Sequence record: NC_048077.1
Strand: one strand, 5' to 3'
DNA length: 64,000 bases
Below, in pieces: positions 1 through 8,653 of this stretch; position 1 is the first letter of the stretch; each line of letters opens with the position of its first letter. The position numbers and the translations under genes were made by a program. The notes beneath the pieces are model-generated. The model worked only from the letters and a program-made list of their open reading frames with translations, was not told where the DNA came from and searched no databases.

Positions 1-704
1 ATAAAACGAATGTTTGCGCTTTCATCGCGCAGTGCCGTTTCAAAACGATACTGGCGACCCATATCATCAGCGTAATCGTTCAGAGTACATTGAATCTGTT
101 CGATAGGCGCACTGCCTTGCTGATAGTTTTGGAAAACTTCCACGTAGAAAATTTTCGCGTTGTAGAGTTTGCGATCACGGACGGCATCCAAACCTTTTGG
201 AACCGCAGAACGAATTTGAACACTGATTTCGTTGTTCCACTCGCCGGGGTTTTCACAAATGATATAACCAATAACGTTGTCATTGAGAACATCATTAGGA
301 AGGAAACCTAATTGTTTCGGATCGTCAACACCGACAATATTCCCATCAGCATCCACGTAAGGAGTGATACTGATTTTTGGAACTACTGCATCAGCATCAT
401 CAACGGAAACAACCAGCACCGCATATTTTGCGTTTTTTGTCAGACGCACATAATACAGTTGGTTCGTTTGTTTTGATACTTGACGCGCGATGTAAAGACC
501 CAATCCATATTTCGGATCGCGTTTACCGAAAGTATTGCTGAGAACAGAAGGTTCAAGAATCGGAACGCGTTGATTAACGGGGCCGCGTCTTGCACCACCT
601 ACGATCCCAACAATAGACGTTGACAGTGTTACACCTTCACCAGCAGAAAGATCTTTGGTTGCGGTATAAACGCCAGCCGACGTATGCGTACTGTTAGTGG
701 GCAT
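1..704 (-). CDS. Tail sheath protein, N-terminal part (runs off the left edge)
   Basis: Manual translation of the minus strand from ATG 704 (AGGAG RBS upstream): MPTNSTHTSAGVYTATKDLSAGEGVTLSTSIVGIVGGARRGPVNQRVPIL...LYYVRL. This matches the typical contractile sheath N-terminus (GVY..E.DLS...S...VG...GP). Confidence 0.8.
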   Translation of the reverse strand, partial: MPTNSTHTSAGVYTATKDLSAGEGVTLSTSIVGIVGGARRGPVNQRVPILEPSVLSNTFGKRDPKYGLGLYIARQVSKQTNQLYYVRLTKNAKYAVLVVSVDDADAVVPKISITPYVDADGNIVGVDDPKQLGFLPNDVLNDNVIGYIICENPGEWNNEISVQIRSAVPKGLDAVRDRKLYNAKIFYVEVFQNYQQGSAPIEQIQCTLNDYADDMGRQYRFETALRDESANIRF

Positions 705-791
705 CTTCATTTCTCCTTATTAGGACTAATGAAAATTATTGAGATCGCAGTAGAAATGAAAAAGGGCAGCATATTTGCCACCCTTTTAGGA

Positions 792-1838
792 TCATACGTT
801 GATTTGTTTGTAATCCGGATTGATTTCAGGATAAAACGTATCAAAAGTTTTGCGAGACATAACACAACCAGCAGCGTTAACGTGACCATCGCCGCCAAAC
901 GTATTTGCTACAGATTTCGCACTGACCGGGCTATCTGCATCACTGCGCACGCTACAGAAAACTTTTTCAGGTTCCGCATTATCAGGAGCGCAGCGAACAA
1001 TCAGCACCAGCTTAACGCCCGGATTAGTATCGCGAATCCATTGCGCAGCATCGGAGCCAATTGCACGCGATGTACTCATAACTGCATGGCGTTGCGGAAT
1101 TATATCATTGGCTTCAAAAATCTTTCCGTTTGCTTTGAAAAGTTTTTCGATATGCTCATTACGTTCTTTGATGCGCTGTTCACCGAGAGAAATAATCTCT
1201 TCGAGATTCCCGTTCATTACGATATTGCGAGCGTTTGCAATAGTGCTAGGAACCGTGGAATACAGCACGCCAGTTTCTTCTTTGTCGGCGAACATTTCGC
1301 GAGAGTAGCCGTCATAAAAAGCAAAGGCGCGTTTGTTCTGCAACTGCCACGTATCTCGATCACTAACCAACTGAACGATACGCATCAGATTACCAATCAT
1401 CGACATGATACGCGGAGAGCCGTTGCTAAATTGGTTGATAACGCCAAAGTAACTGAGCATCGCGCCGGAGTGCTGAGAAGCAAACACAACGTTAGAGCTA
1501 GGCTGAATACCTAACGCTTCACATTCTGCTTTATACTTATCCATACTACGCGTGTTGTGATGATCAAACACAAACAGATCGTTTTTGTAGAAGGCAGTTA
1601 AATCTGCCAACTGCCTTTCGTTGATAGCGATATCAACGAAGTAGATGCGATCATAGGAGCGAATTTCCGGCAGCAAATGCAGCGGAACATTATCGGAAGT
1701 TACGGCATCAGCCTCATCCGGATGCGCATGATCCAAAGCCAGATAATGAATAACTTCCATCGGAAACGCTAACGATACTGTCGCCGCAGCGAACGATCCG
1801 TCGGAGCAAGCGTTGTGATAAACAATTAAGATTCGCAT
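792..1838 (-). CDS. DHH/DHHA1 family phosphoesterase (NrnB/nanoRNase-like)
   Basis: Motifs YHNACSDG, FVDIA, VFDHH and C-terminal GDGHVNAAG. Confidence 0.85.
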   Translation of the reverse strand: MRILIVYHNACSDGSFAAATVSLAFPMEVIHYLALDHAHPDEADAVTSDNVPLHLLPEIRSYDRIYFVDIAINERQLADLTAFYKNDLFVFDHHNTRSMDKYKAECEALGIQPSSNVVFASQHSGAMLSYFGVINQFSNGSPRIMSMIGNLMRIVQLVSDRDTWQLQNKRAFAFYDGYSREMFADKEETGVLYSTVPSTIANARNIVMNGNLEEIISLGEQRIKERNEHIEKLFKANGKIFEANDIIPQRHAVMSTSRAIGSDAAQWIRDTNPGVKLVLIVRCAPDNAEPEKVFCSVRSDADSPVSAKSVANTFGGDGHVNAAGCVMSRKTFDTFYPEINPDYKQINV

Positions 1839-2680
1839 TGAGAAAAATCGCCTTTTAATAATGCAAGCAGGTGAGAGCGTTTGCGCCTCAACGCAGCTTC
1901 GAATTGTCGGGCAGCAGATTCACGACCTTCTTCAATTTCCAGAAGGTGCAGCACCCAACTCGTCGTCTGTTTGATTTCCAAAATCTCTTCTTGCAGTTCG
2001 CGTTTACGCAAACGCAATGCCATAACACGCTCGAAAAGATTTTGTTTACCGTATGGTTTTCCGAAAACCTTAACATAGATTTTCTCTAACCATTCCAAAT
2101 TAAGACTTTCGACCGCTTGCACTGCCTGACGGAATAAATGAACTTTGCTTGTATTGCCACAACGATCCGGATGAGTGCGAGAGGCGATTGCGAAATAAAT
2201 TTTGCGGCATTTTTTGGATACCGACATTTTCTCTTCTGCTTGCTGGCGAAGTTCGTTGTCATGACTATTAAAGCCATCATCGTCTTCGTCAATATCTGGG
2301 CGATCATCGTCGTCGCGAGAAGAGTTGAATTCTAAATCGGCTTTTGCATCAGGATCATCTTCGTCTTCGTTTTCTAAATCAACATCATCTTCGCCAACAA
2401 CTTCGTTTTCCTTTTCATACTTTTCTTCAACCTGAATGAGAAGTTCTTCAACTTCGTCAACCAGATCTTGAAAGCGATTCTCCATGTACTTGCGAGTGGA
2501 TGTTGCGCGAGATTCTGTCATTTCTTTTTCAAATTCCAGACGCTCAATTTCATGTTCAAGTTCAACATATTCAGACTGCGCATTTGCTTCGCGTTCAGCA
2601 GTTGTTTCTGAATTGTCTTCTTCGATTTCTACAATCGGTGCCGGAAGAGAAACAGGAACAAGGCTAAAAGATTTTTGCAT
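1826..2680 (-). CDS. J-domain (DnaJ-like) protein with coiled coils and acidic linker
   Basis: KKCRKIYFAIASRTHPDRCGN..LFRQAVQA fits J-domain helices II-III with an intact HPD motif; flanks are heptad-rich and D/E-rich. Confidence 0.65.
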   Translation of the reverse strand: MQKSFSLVPVSLPAPIVEIEEDNSETTAEREANAQSEYVELEHEIERLEFEKEMTESRATSTRKYMENRFQDLVDEVEELLIQVEEKYEKENEVVGEDDVDLENEDEDDPDAKADLEFNSSRDDDDRPDIDEDDDGFNSHDNELRQQAEEKMSVSKKCRKIYFAIASRTHPDRCGNTSKVHLFRQAVQAVESLNLEWLEKIYVKVFGKPYGKQNLFERVMALRLRKRELQEEILEIKQTTSWVLHLLEIEEGRESAARQFEAALRRKRSHLLALLKGDFSQCES

Positions 2681-2684
2681 GGCA

Positions 2685-2894
2685 TTAGCTCGCTTCGGAA
2701 GGAGAAGAGATCAACGCCGCCATAGGCATCGCAACAAGTTGTTTGATGCGATCCGGGCAGCTTGGATGACGCTTGAGATTCTTCTCAAGCCATTGTTTGT
2801 TCTGACCGGAACGAGAAACGTTACAGCGGAAAGAAGGCAGATTCAATTCAGAGTTTGCCAACAAAGTATTCAATTCATCAAGCAGTGTTTTCAA
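2685..2894 (-). CDS. Hypothetical protein
   Basis: 69 aa ORF whose TTG start overlaps the upstream TGA stop (translational coupling). Confidence 0.55.
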   Translation of the reverse strand: MKTLLDELNTLLANSELNLPSFRCNVSRSGQNKQWLEKNLKRHPSCPDRIKQLVAMPMAALISSPSEAS

Positions 2895-3529
2895 TTTGCC
2901 CCACCTATAAAAAGTTCAAGTAAATTCGTTACAACGTTTTCTGGCCCGATACTTAAAGCAGAATCGCATTCCAGATAAAGTCGGTTATTAAACATTTCAG
3001 TCGGATCAATCGTGCCGCCAGTTACAACGACGCGAGGAATATCACTAAACATAGAAAGCAAATCGCGAAGACGTTCCATCTTATATTGCGTGCTGTCCAC
3101 CACAACGTTAGTGATAACTAAAAAGTTTGGACGCTGATTTCTAACGCGCTCGTAATCAAGTTTGTCGCCGTACAACGTAACCCAACGAGGCTTACGCGTT
3201 ATGCTTATTGAATCAGTATACGCGTTGCGGAATACGTGAAGTGCAAAAAGTTTCGCCCGTGTATCGTTCGGAAAACTACTCACAACATGAATGCCGTGCG
3301 CATCAAGCGGAGTGTCTAAAAGTTTTGCTGCAAGGTTAAGTTGTTTACGCTTGCTCACAAGTTTGGTTTTGAAATACGGAGAGATTGTTTTGAAATCTTG
3401 CACCGCTTCCATCAAATCATATTCACGTTTTTCACCAAACAAAAGCCCGGCATCCACACCGAGCGTTCTCAATTTATTAGATACTTCTGTTTTGAATGAG
3501 AAATCCAAAAGTTTTCCAGACATAATCAA
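2891..3529 (-). CDS. Hypothetical protein, possibly degenerate DnaC/IstB-like AAA+ (helicase loader-like)
   Basis: FLVITNV...STQYKMERLRDLL...PRVVVTG loosely resembles the DnaC C-terminal half; no canonical Walker A. Confidence 0.4.
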   Translation of the reverse strand: MIMSGKLLDFSFKTEVSNKLRTLGVDAGLLFGEKREYDLMEAVQDFKTISPYFKTKLVSKRKQLNLAAKLLDTPLDAHGIHVVSSFPNDTRAKLFALHVFRNAYTDSISITRKPRWVTLYGDKLDYERVRNQRPNFLVITNVVVDSTQYKMERLRDLLSMFSDIPRVVVTGGTIDPTEMFNNRLYLECDSALSIGPENVVTNLLELFIGGAN

Positions 3530-3559
3530 AATCCAATTTAAAGAGCTTATGCCTATAGT

Positions 3560-3841
3560 TTACAGATTTGGGAATAGACGCACTACTTCCAGAGTAAGAG
3601 TTGCCTCGCCAGAAGATTGACCTAGAAAACTGGAATTAGCATGATAGAAAACATCACTCACATCGTAGGATACCGAGCGGAGTTCGAGAACGTTAGGGAT
3701 ACTAATAATCCCTTCAATTTCGAAAGTTGCAGGTTCAGCAGTACGAGAGAAAACACGCTTAACCGTATCATCATAGATCTGTTTGATAAGGCGAGGTGGA
3801 ATTTCAACAACGACTTTTGAAGTTCTGATATTTTGGGACAT
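3560..3841 (-). CDS. Hypothetical protein
   Basis: In-frame ATG at 3841 (MSQNIRTSK) within the longer ORF-track call. Confidence 0.55.
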   Translation of the reverse strand: MSQNIRTSKVVVEIPPRLIKQIYDDTVKRVFSRTAEPATFEIEGIISIPNVLELRSVSYDVSDVFYHANSSFLGQSSGEATLTLEVVRLFPNL

Positions 3842-3857
3842 GAAGGGAATCTCTCTG

Positions 3858-4241
3858 TTACCAGTAAGGAAGATCGAATTGGATGAAGGAGTAACTAAAT
3901 ACCACACGCCATCCGGAAGTTGATTTTTCAGACGGGAAAATCTGATAATCGTGAATTACCATTCGGCCTTGCTGCCCTTCCTGCAAAGCATCGTTGTACT
4001 CTGTATAATAAGGGCCAGCTTTGATCGCGTCTGCAATTTCTTGTGCGTTCAAACCTTGAACACGCGCCTCTTCCGGAATTTCATACGTCACTTTATGACG
4101 TTCAGGAACGTGCGCGAAATATGCGTCAACGTCTTTTGAAATCCAATCGTAATGATTGTATCCCAACACGCGACAAACTGCGTGATTGAGATCTGGAAAT
4201 TCGCTTTTACTGAACAGGTGTAGAGCTTGATCCTGTCTCAT
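3858..4241 (-). CDS. Hypothetical protein
   Basis: ATG at 4241 (MRQDQALHLF) preceded by GGAGG RBS. Confidence 0.6.
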   Translation of the reverse strand: MRQDQALHLFSKSEFPDLNHAVCRVLGYNHYDWISKDVDAYFAHVPERHKVTYEIPEEARVQGLNAQEIADAIKAGPYYTEYNDALQEGQQGRMVIHDYQIFPSEKSTSGWRVVFSYSFIQFDLPYW

Positions 4242-4545
4242 CAGTTTCCTCCAAATCTTTGCGAATAGTAATACTGTCCGGATCAACGCTGTAGTTAAGA
4301 AACGCATCATACGCTTCGCTATCATCACGTTTGCGAATCTGGATATCGCCAAAGATTGTAACCTTATCACCAGCGTCAAACAGTTCGCTCACAATCGAAC
4401 GAACTACAGATTGCTTGTGGCAATACTGATTGTAGGTTACGGTCACTTGACGATCCCCGTTGAATCCGGGAGTGGACTCAACGGAAATTCGCATACTTTG
4501 ATCACGTCCAGTACGAATAATATCTTCAAGAGTGATATCGTACAT
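4207..4545 (-). CDS. Hypothetical protein
   Basis: 112 aa ORF in operon orientation, tightly packed with neighbours. Confidence 0.6.
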   Translation of the reverse strand: MYDITLEDIIRTGRDQSMRISVESTPGFNGDRQVTVTYNQYCHKQSVVRSIVSELFDAGDKVTIFGDIQIRKRDDSEAYDAFLNYSVDPDSITIRKDLEETDETGSSSTPVQ

Positions 4546-4550
4546 GGTTT

Positions 4551-5444
4551 TTATCCAAATAGATTTTTACGCGATTGCTCGTCGTTCGGAGTAAAGTAAT
4601 CAGGCAATCCATCACCCAACACATCGTTGCGATCAGTTACGCCGAAATACTTCTCCAGTTTCGCCGGAGTGCGTTTAGCTTTTTCATAACCAAACTTCCA
4701 GCACATCTTCAATACAGAACGAGCGCACTGCATTGATTTTTCCATTCGCGGATCAATGAACATTCGAATGACAGGAGTTTTCTTTCCCTCCATCGGCGTT
4801 AGAATACGGCACGATTCCTGTTTCCAGTTCGGTTCGTTATTCATCGGCATGATGTAATAAAGCGTATCCCATTTAGGAATGTTGATGCCGCGCTGCATCA
4901 GTTTACGCATACCAACAATGCAACGAATCTTACCTTCACGCGCTGCATCAATTACTGGTTTACGTTTCTTAGCCTCACGCGCCCCACCTAAGAACACTGC
5001 CGCAACTTCTTCGCAGTAATGCTCATTGATTCGACGCACAAGTTTATGCGCTTGATCCGTGAAGTTAATCGGAATAGCAAGCGAGCGGCCTGCATCCAGA
5101 TCTTTAATAATCCAACGGAAAATTTCTTCATTACGATCCGGATGTGCTGCGAGGAATTTATTGAAATAAACCCAACCAGCTTTGCCGTTATACTTCTGGC
5201 GGTTGTAGACTTTGTTCGACGTTTTATGAATCGTGATCTTCGGAACCATTTCTTCAACAAACGCTTCGGCAACAACTGGGCCAAATGTAGACTCAACGCG
5301 ATAGTGCAAGCAGTTATGAACTAATACCTGTTCGTTATCGTTTTCTCCTGATACAAAAAAGTTGTTATTTTCCAGAACGGATATATCGTATACCGGCCTA
5401 TCGTCTGGTTCCAGAATTTCTATTTGACTGATTTTAGAAAGCAT
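4551..5444 (-). CDS. Split-intein C-fragment (44 aa) fused to C-terminal half of SF2 helicase
   Basis: N-terminus contains intein blocks F/G (VYDISVLENNNFFV...VLVHN/C). This is followed by helicase RecA2 motifs (VAAVFLGG, IVGMRKLMQRGINIPKWDTLYYIMP, QESCRILTP). Confidence 0.92.
   Translation of the reverse strand: MLSKISQIEILEPDDRPVYDISVLENNNFFVSGENDNEQVLVHNCLHYRVESTFGPVVAEAFVEEMVPKITIHKTSNKVYNRQKYNGKAGWVYFNKFLAAHPDRNEEIFRWIIKDLDAGRSLAIPINFTDQAHKLVRRINEHYCEEVAAVFLGGAREAKKRKPVIDAAREGKIRCIVGMRKLMQRGINIPKWDTLYYIMPMNNEPNWKQESCRILTPMEGKKTPVIRMFIDPRMEKSMQCARSVLKMCWKFGYEKAKRTPAKLEKYFGVTDRNDVLGDGLPDYFTPNDEQSRKNLFG
5313..5444 (-). mobile_element. Int-C half of a naturally split intein
   Basis: MLSKISQIEILEPDDRPVYDISVLENNNFFVSGENDNEQVLVHN; terminal His-Asn followed by Cys(+1) at 5312-5310. 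Confidence 0.9.
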
Positions 5445-5485
5445 GATAATTTCACTTAGACGTGGCAGTAAACTTTGGAGAACTC

Positions 5486-6589
5486 ATGCGCAACAATGAT
5501 TGGCGTCACAATTTATTTTACAGTAAGTTGAAAGAACTTCACCCTACCATAAAGAGCTTAACGCCTTATGTTTCCGGACTAGAACCAATGAAGTTTCGTT
5601 GTACGGTCTGCAAACACGAATACACTAACAAGCCTAGTTATGTGATAGGCCAGCGTAAAACAGGATGCCCTGAATGTAAAAAGAATTCAGTAGCATCTAA
5701 ATCAATGGTGACTCGAAGCAACAAGCAAGAAGAAAAAGTTAAATCTCTTCTCGCAGGTTCGACCACGAAACTAATTGGGCGCATGGATAATATGCGTTTC
5801 TTTCTTCAATGCTCTAAGTGCAAAAGTAAATGGGATGCACATATAAATTCCATCAGGCAATATGTTGGTGGTGGATGCAGAGCCTGTACAAGCAAGGCTG
5901 CACAATTGCCGAGAACTTTAGAAAGCATTGAAGAAATAAAGCAAGCTAGAAGCGATCTTAAAATTTTAAATTACTTAGGTTCCTCTAAGGTTGAGTGTGA
6001 ATGCAATGAATGTTCTCACGTATGGAAAACTTCTATTCATGTTTTAAAGCAAGGTAGCGGTTGTCCTATTTGTGGAATGCGTCGTTCACTTTCTGCATCA
6101 CTCAGGCAAGATAAAAAGATTGTCCTGCAAGGAAAAGAATTTAATGTTGTCGGGTACGAAGCGTTTGCGCTTGAGTATCTAATTGAAAAAGGTATTCGTG
6201 CAAAAGATATTTCCGAAAAGACTATCGCCATTCCCTACAAACTCGACGGGAAGAATCGAAAGTACATTCCAGATTTATTTATCAAGAGCACGAACACTTT
6301 CATCGAAGTTAAATCTCAATACACGTTAGGCTTGAATGGATTGATGCACGGAAAGGATGCACTAAAAGAACTAAGAGCGAAGGTACGCGCAACCAAAAAA
6401 GCTGGCTACAACATAACAACGCTCTTAATTTGGCAACGCCACCAAAAAGCAAAACCAATTGTGATAAAGTTACCGGACAGTTGGACAGACTATCCGTTAT
6501 CACAGGTTCGCAAAAAGTTTTCAGTACAACTTCAAAACATCATCAGTAGTAAGGTCGATTGCATTAACGTAGCAACCGCGAGACTCTGA
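5486..6589 (+). CDS. Free-standing putative homing endonuclease: three zinc-ribbon repeats plus PD-(D/E)xK nuclease domain
   Basis: Three C-x2-C...GC-x2-C repeats (CTVCKHEY..GCPEC; CSKCKSKW..GCRAC; CNECSHVW..GCPIC) and YIPDLFIKSTNTFIEVKS. ATG 5486 follows GGAG; the ORF track starts at GTG 5462. Confidence 0.8.
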   Translation: MRNNDWRHNLFYSKLKELHPTIKSLTPYVSGLEPMKFRCTVCKHEYTNKPSYVIGQRKTGCPECKKNSVASKSMVTRSNKQEEKVKSLLAGSTTKLIGRMDNMRFFLQCSKCKSKWDAHINSIRQYVGGGCRACTSKAAQLPRTLESIEEIKQARSDLKILNYLGSSKVECECNECSHVWKTSIHVLKQGSGCPICGMRRSLSASLRQDKKIVLQGKEFNVVGYEAFALEYLIEKGIRAKDISEKTIAIPYKLDGKNRKYIPDLFIKSTNTFIEVKSQYTLGLNGLMHGKDALKELRAKVRATKKAGYNITTLLIWQRHQKAKPIVIKLPDSWTDYPLSQVRKKFSVQLQNIISSKVDCINVATARL

Positions 6590-7657
6590 CCAGATTTGAT
6601 GATCCTCTGTACATTCTAAAACTCCGTGTTCGTGATGAATGCGGAGTTTTCTTTTATCGCTCACAACTTTGTGAACCTGCATAACAGGCTGGATTGTTTT
6701 AAGTCCGGTAACATGGTCGAATGCAACAACCATATCTCCCTCCTTAATATCCTCAATGTTTTTGAGCGAATCATCTGCCATTCTAACTTTGTGTCCTGCC
6801 GTAAAACAATCTTTTCGTTTCGGTGTAGCTGTCAGACCGTAACGATATTTCATCTTCACGCTTGCGAGAATCTTCGTATATGTCGGAGCACCCGCTGCGT
6901 GAATTTCATCGACGATGATCGTACCAAAATGTTTGTTGAGAAGTTTCAATCGCTTCTTCGCAACTTTACTTTTCTCAAGTAACGACTGATACGTTACCAA
7001 AACAATCTGGAAGTTCTCATAGTCTTCGAGTTTCTTCGGAAAACCATAAAGTTTCTTTCCGTGCTTCTCTTCCAGTTCCGGAAGATTAGTCATCTTCTCA
7101 ATGGTTTCATAAAAACCATCAAGGAAATCTTTTTGGTCAGCCATGATTACGGTTTTATATCCGTGCGCACACGCGATGTAAGTTCCGCAAACTGTTTTAC
7201 CTGAACGTGGCGGCGCTTTAAACAAGCCGCACAATTCCTCCATGATATCGTCTACAGGTTTCTTTTGGTACTCGCGCAGACTGCCCGTGAATTTCACTTT
7301 ATAGTCATATGGCACGCGAGTTGTTTTATTCACAAAGCGCACACGATCAAGCGGCAATCCAGTCAGCTTCGGAAAGCGGTGCATTTCCCCATAAGGAATA
7401 GACACAACTTTTTTACCGTCAACCGTATCAAGTTTTCCTAATACCGTAACGCCGACTAGACCGCCAGTTTCGCAAACATTACATTCCGTGCTAGGCCGTT
7501 GAGAACGAAACTCACAATTTTTGCATATCGAATCTTCAAACTGATAGCGAGTGAGTTTCTTGATTATCTTCGGCGCGTCTACAACCTTAACCGGAATATG
7601 TAAGCGACTATCGACAACCACATTAATGCGATCATCGTCTTTACTTTTCTTAGCCAC
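6521..7657 (-). CDS. N-terminal half of SF2 (UvsW/ResIII-like) helicase fused to split-intein N-fragment (95 aa)
   Basis: Walker A APPRSGKT, DEIH box and motif III GLTATP, followed by intein block A CFTAGHKV and block B ECTEDHQIW; the ORF then ends. Confidence 0.92.
   Translation of the reverse strand: MAKKSKDDDRINVVVDSRLHIPVKVVDAPKIIKKLTRYQFEDSICKNCEFRSQRPSTECNVCETGGLVGVTVLGKLDTVDGKKVVSIPYGEMHRFPKLTGLPLDRVRFVNKTTRVPYDYKVKFTGSLREYQKKPVDDIMEELCGLFKAPPRSGKTVCGTYIACAHGYKTVIMADQKDFLDGFYETIEKMTNLPELEEKHGKKLYGFPKKLEDYENFQIVLVTYQSLLEKSKVAKKRLKLLNKHFGTIIVDEIHAAGAPTYTKILASVKMKYRYGLTATPKRKDCFTAGHKVRMADDSLKNIEDIKEGDMVVAFDHVTGLKTIQPVMQVHKVVSDKRKLRIHHEHGVLECTEDHQIWSESRGCYVNAIDLTTDDVLKLY
6524..6808 (-). 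mobile_element. Int-N half of a naturally split intein
   Basis: Cys1 codon at 6808-6806 directly after TATPKRKD; HINT blocks A and B present; no internal endonuclease. Confidence 0.9.
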
Positions 7658-7659
7658 GT

Positions 7660-8244
7660 TTATTTCCTAGTATTTGGGATTCCATATTCACGCTGATTAA
7701 TCAGGCCGAGAGTATCGACTAGAGTTTTGAAAGAGTAACCTGCTTTATCAATGTCTTTGATATACAGTTCAATCTTCGCTATCAACGAACTTAAATTATC
7801 GCAATAGCGGTAATACTCAGCCATAATATTTTTTACAGCACGCTCACGTTCTTTGGCTGCACCAACGGCTTTTAAATCGTTGCCGTATGCCACCGTAACG
7901 TAATCCTGAAAACGGCTCAACAAATCAGAAAGTGTTTTATAGCTTTCGCTAAGTGTCGCCAGAATTTCAGTCATGCGCGAACGGTAACTCTGATCTTGCA
8001 CCACACTTTCAGCAAGTTTATCCAGTGCTTTAGGTGAGTTTACAGAGAGTGATCGTACTTTACGCATCGCAAAAAGATCGTCTACCTCTTGTGCATATTG
8101 CGCGAGAGGCAGTTGGAATAGATCTTCGGTTTTGAACAATGCACGAATCTTTTTATAACGCTTATCATCTTTTACTTTCAGACGAATACGCGTCAGATCA
8201 TCCGTCGGCGTTCTCTTTGACATGTTAATCCTTATCCGTGACAA
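7660..8244 (-). CDS. Helical protein, possibly UvsY-like recombination mediator
   Basis: All-helical; C-terminal YIKDIDKAGYSFKTLVDT resembles T4 UvsY ALDAIKSRGFAIKHIQDM; adjacent to a UvsW-like helicase. Confidence 0.45.
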   Translation of the reverse strand: MSRIRINMSKRTPTDDLTRIRLKVKDDKRYKKIRALFKTEDLFQLPLAQYAQEVDDLFAMRKVRSLSVNSPKALDKLAESVVQDQSYRSRMTEILATLSESYKTLSDLLSRFQDYVTVAYGNDLKAVGAAKERERAVKNIMAEYYRYCDNLSSLIAKIELYIKDIDKAGYSFKTLVDTLGLINQREYGIPNTRK

Positions 8245-8653
8245 GCAGACTGCTTTCCGGAACCTTTGCAGGCATCGCGAAAAAACTTCCGCTGTTGTCG
8301 TGGAATACTAACAGCCCGCCGGATTGTGCTTCCGTAGGGCATGTGTATGTATGCAGCACTTCGTTAGGTGGCGTATATGCAACCGTCAAGCGATTGAACT
8401 TACACCAACGCGCAGTGACTTCTAAAAGCGATCCGACAATCGTATCACTCAATCTTAAATAAGACTGTTTGAAATTATTGCCATGCTGCAAAGGAGCGGC
8501 GCTATCACAATCAATTGTAGTTCCGTACACAGGCTTTGTGATAATGATGAACCTGCGAATGCCACGACTACCTTCGATTTCAAAAAGAATATCGCGGGGA
8601 ACTTCGGAAATGGGGCCAACAATTTGACCCCGACGAAATGAGATATTGCTCAT
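8225..8653 (-). CDS. Hypothetical protein
   Basis: ATG 8653 overlaps the clamp-gene stop (ATGA). Confidence 0.6.
   Translation of the reverse strand: MSNISFRRGQIVGPISEVPRDILFEIEGSRGIRRFIIITKPVYGTTIDCDSAAPLQHGNNFKQSYLRLSDTIVGSLLEVTARWCKFNRLTVAYTPPNEVLHTYTCPTEAQSGGLLVFHDNSGSFFAMPAKVPESSLLVTDKD

Noticed and set aside
707-898. 63 aa hydrophobic minus-strand ORF (holin-like?)
   Set aside because: Overlaps the DHH gene by 107 bp and spans the probable sheath promoter region; insufficient support.
684-1514. 276 aa plus-strand ORF
   Set aside because: Antisense shadow of the DHH phosphoesterase; no motifs or RBS.
5445-6520. Group I/II intron interrupting the helicase
   Set aside because: Both halves carry complete intein termini and their own start and stop codons, and no intron core structure was apparent.
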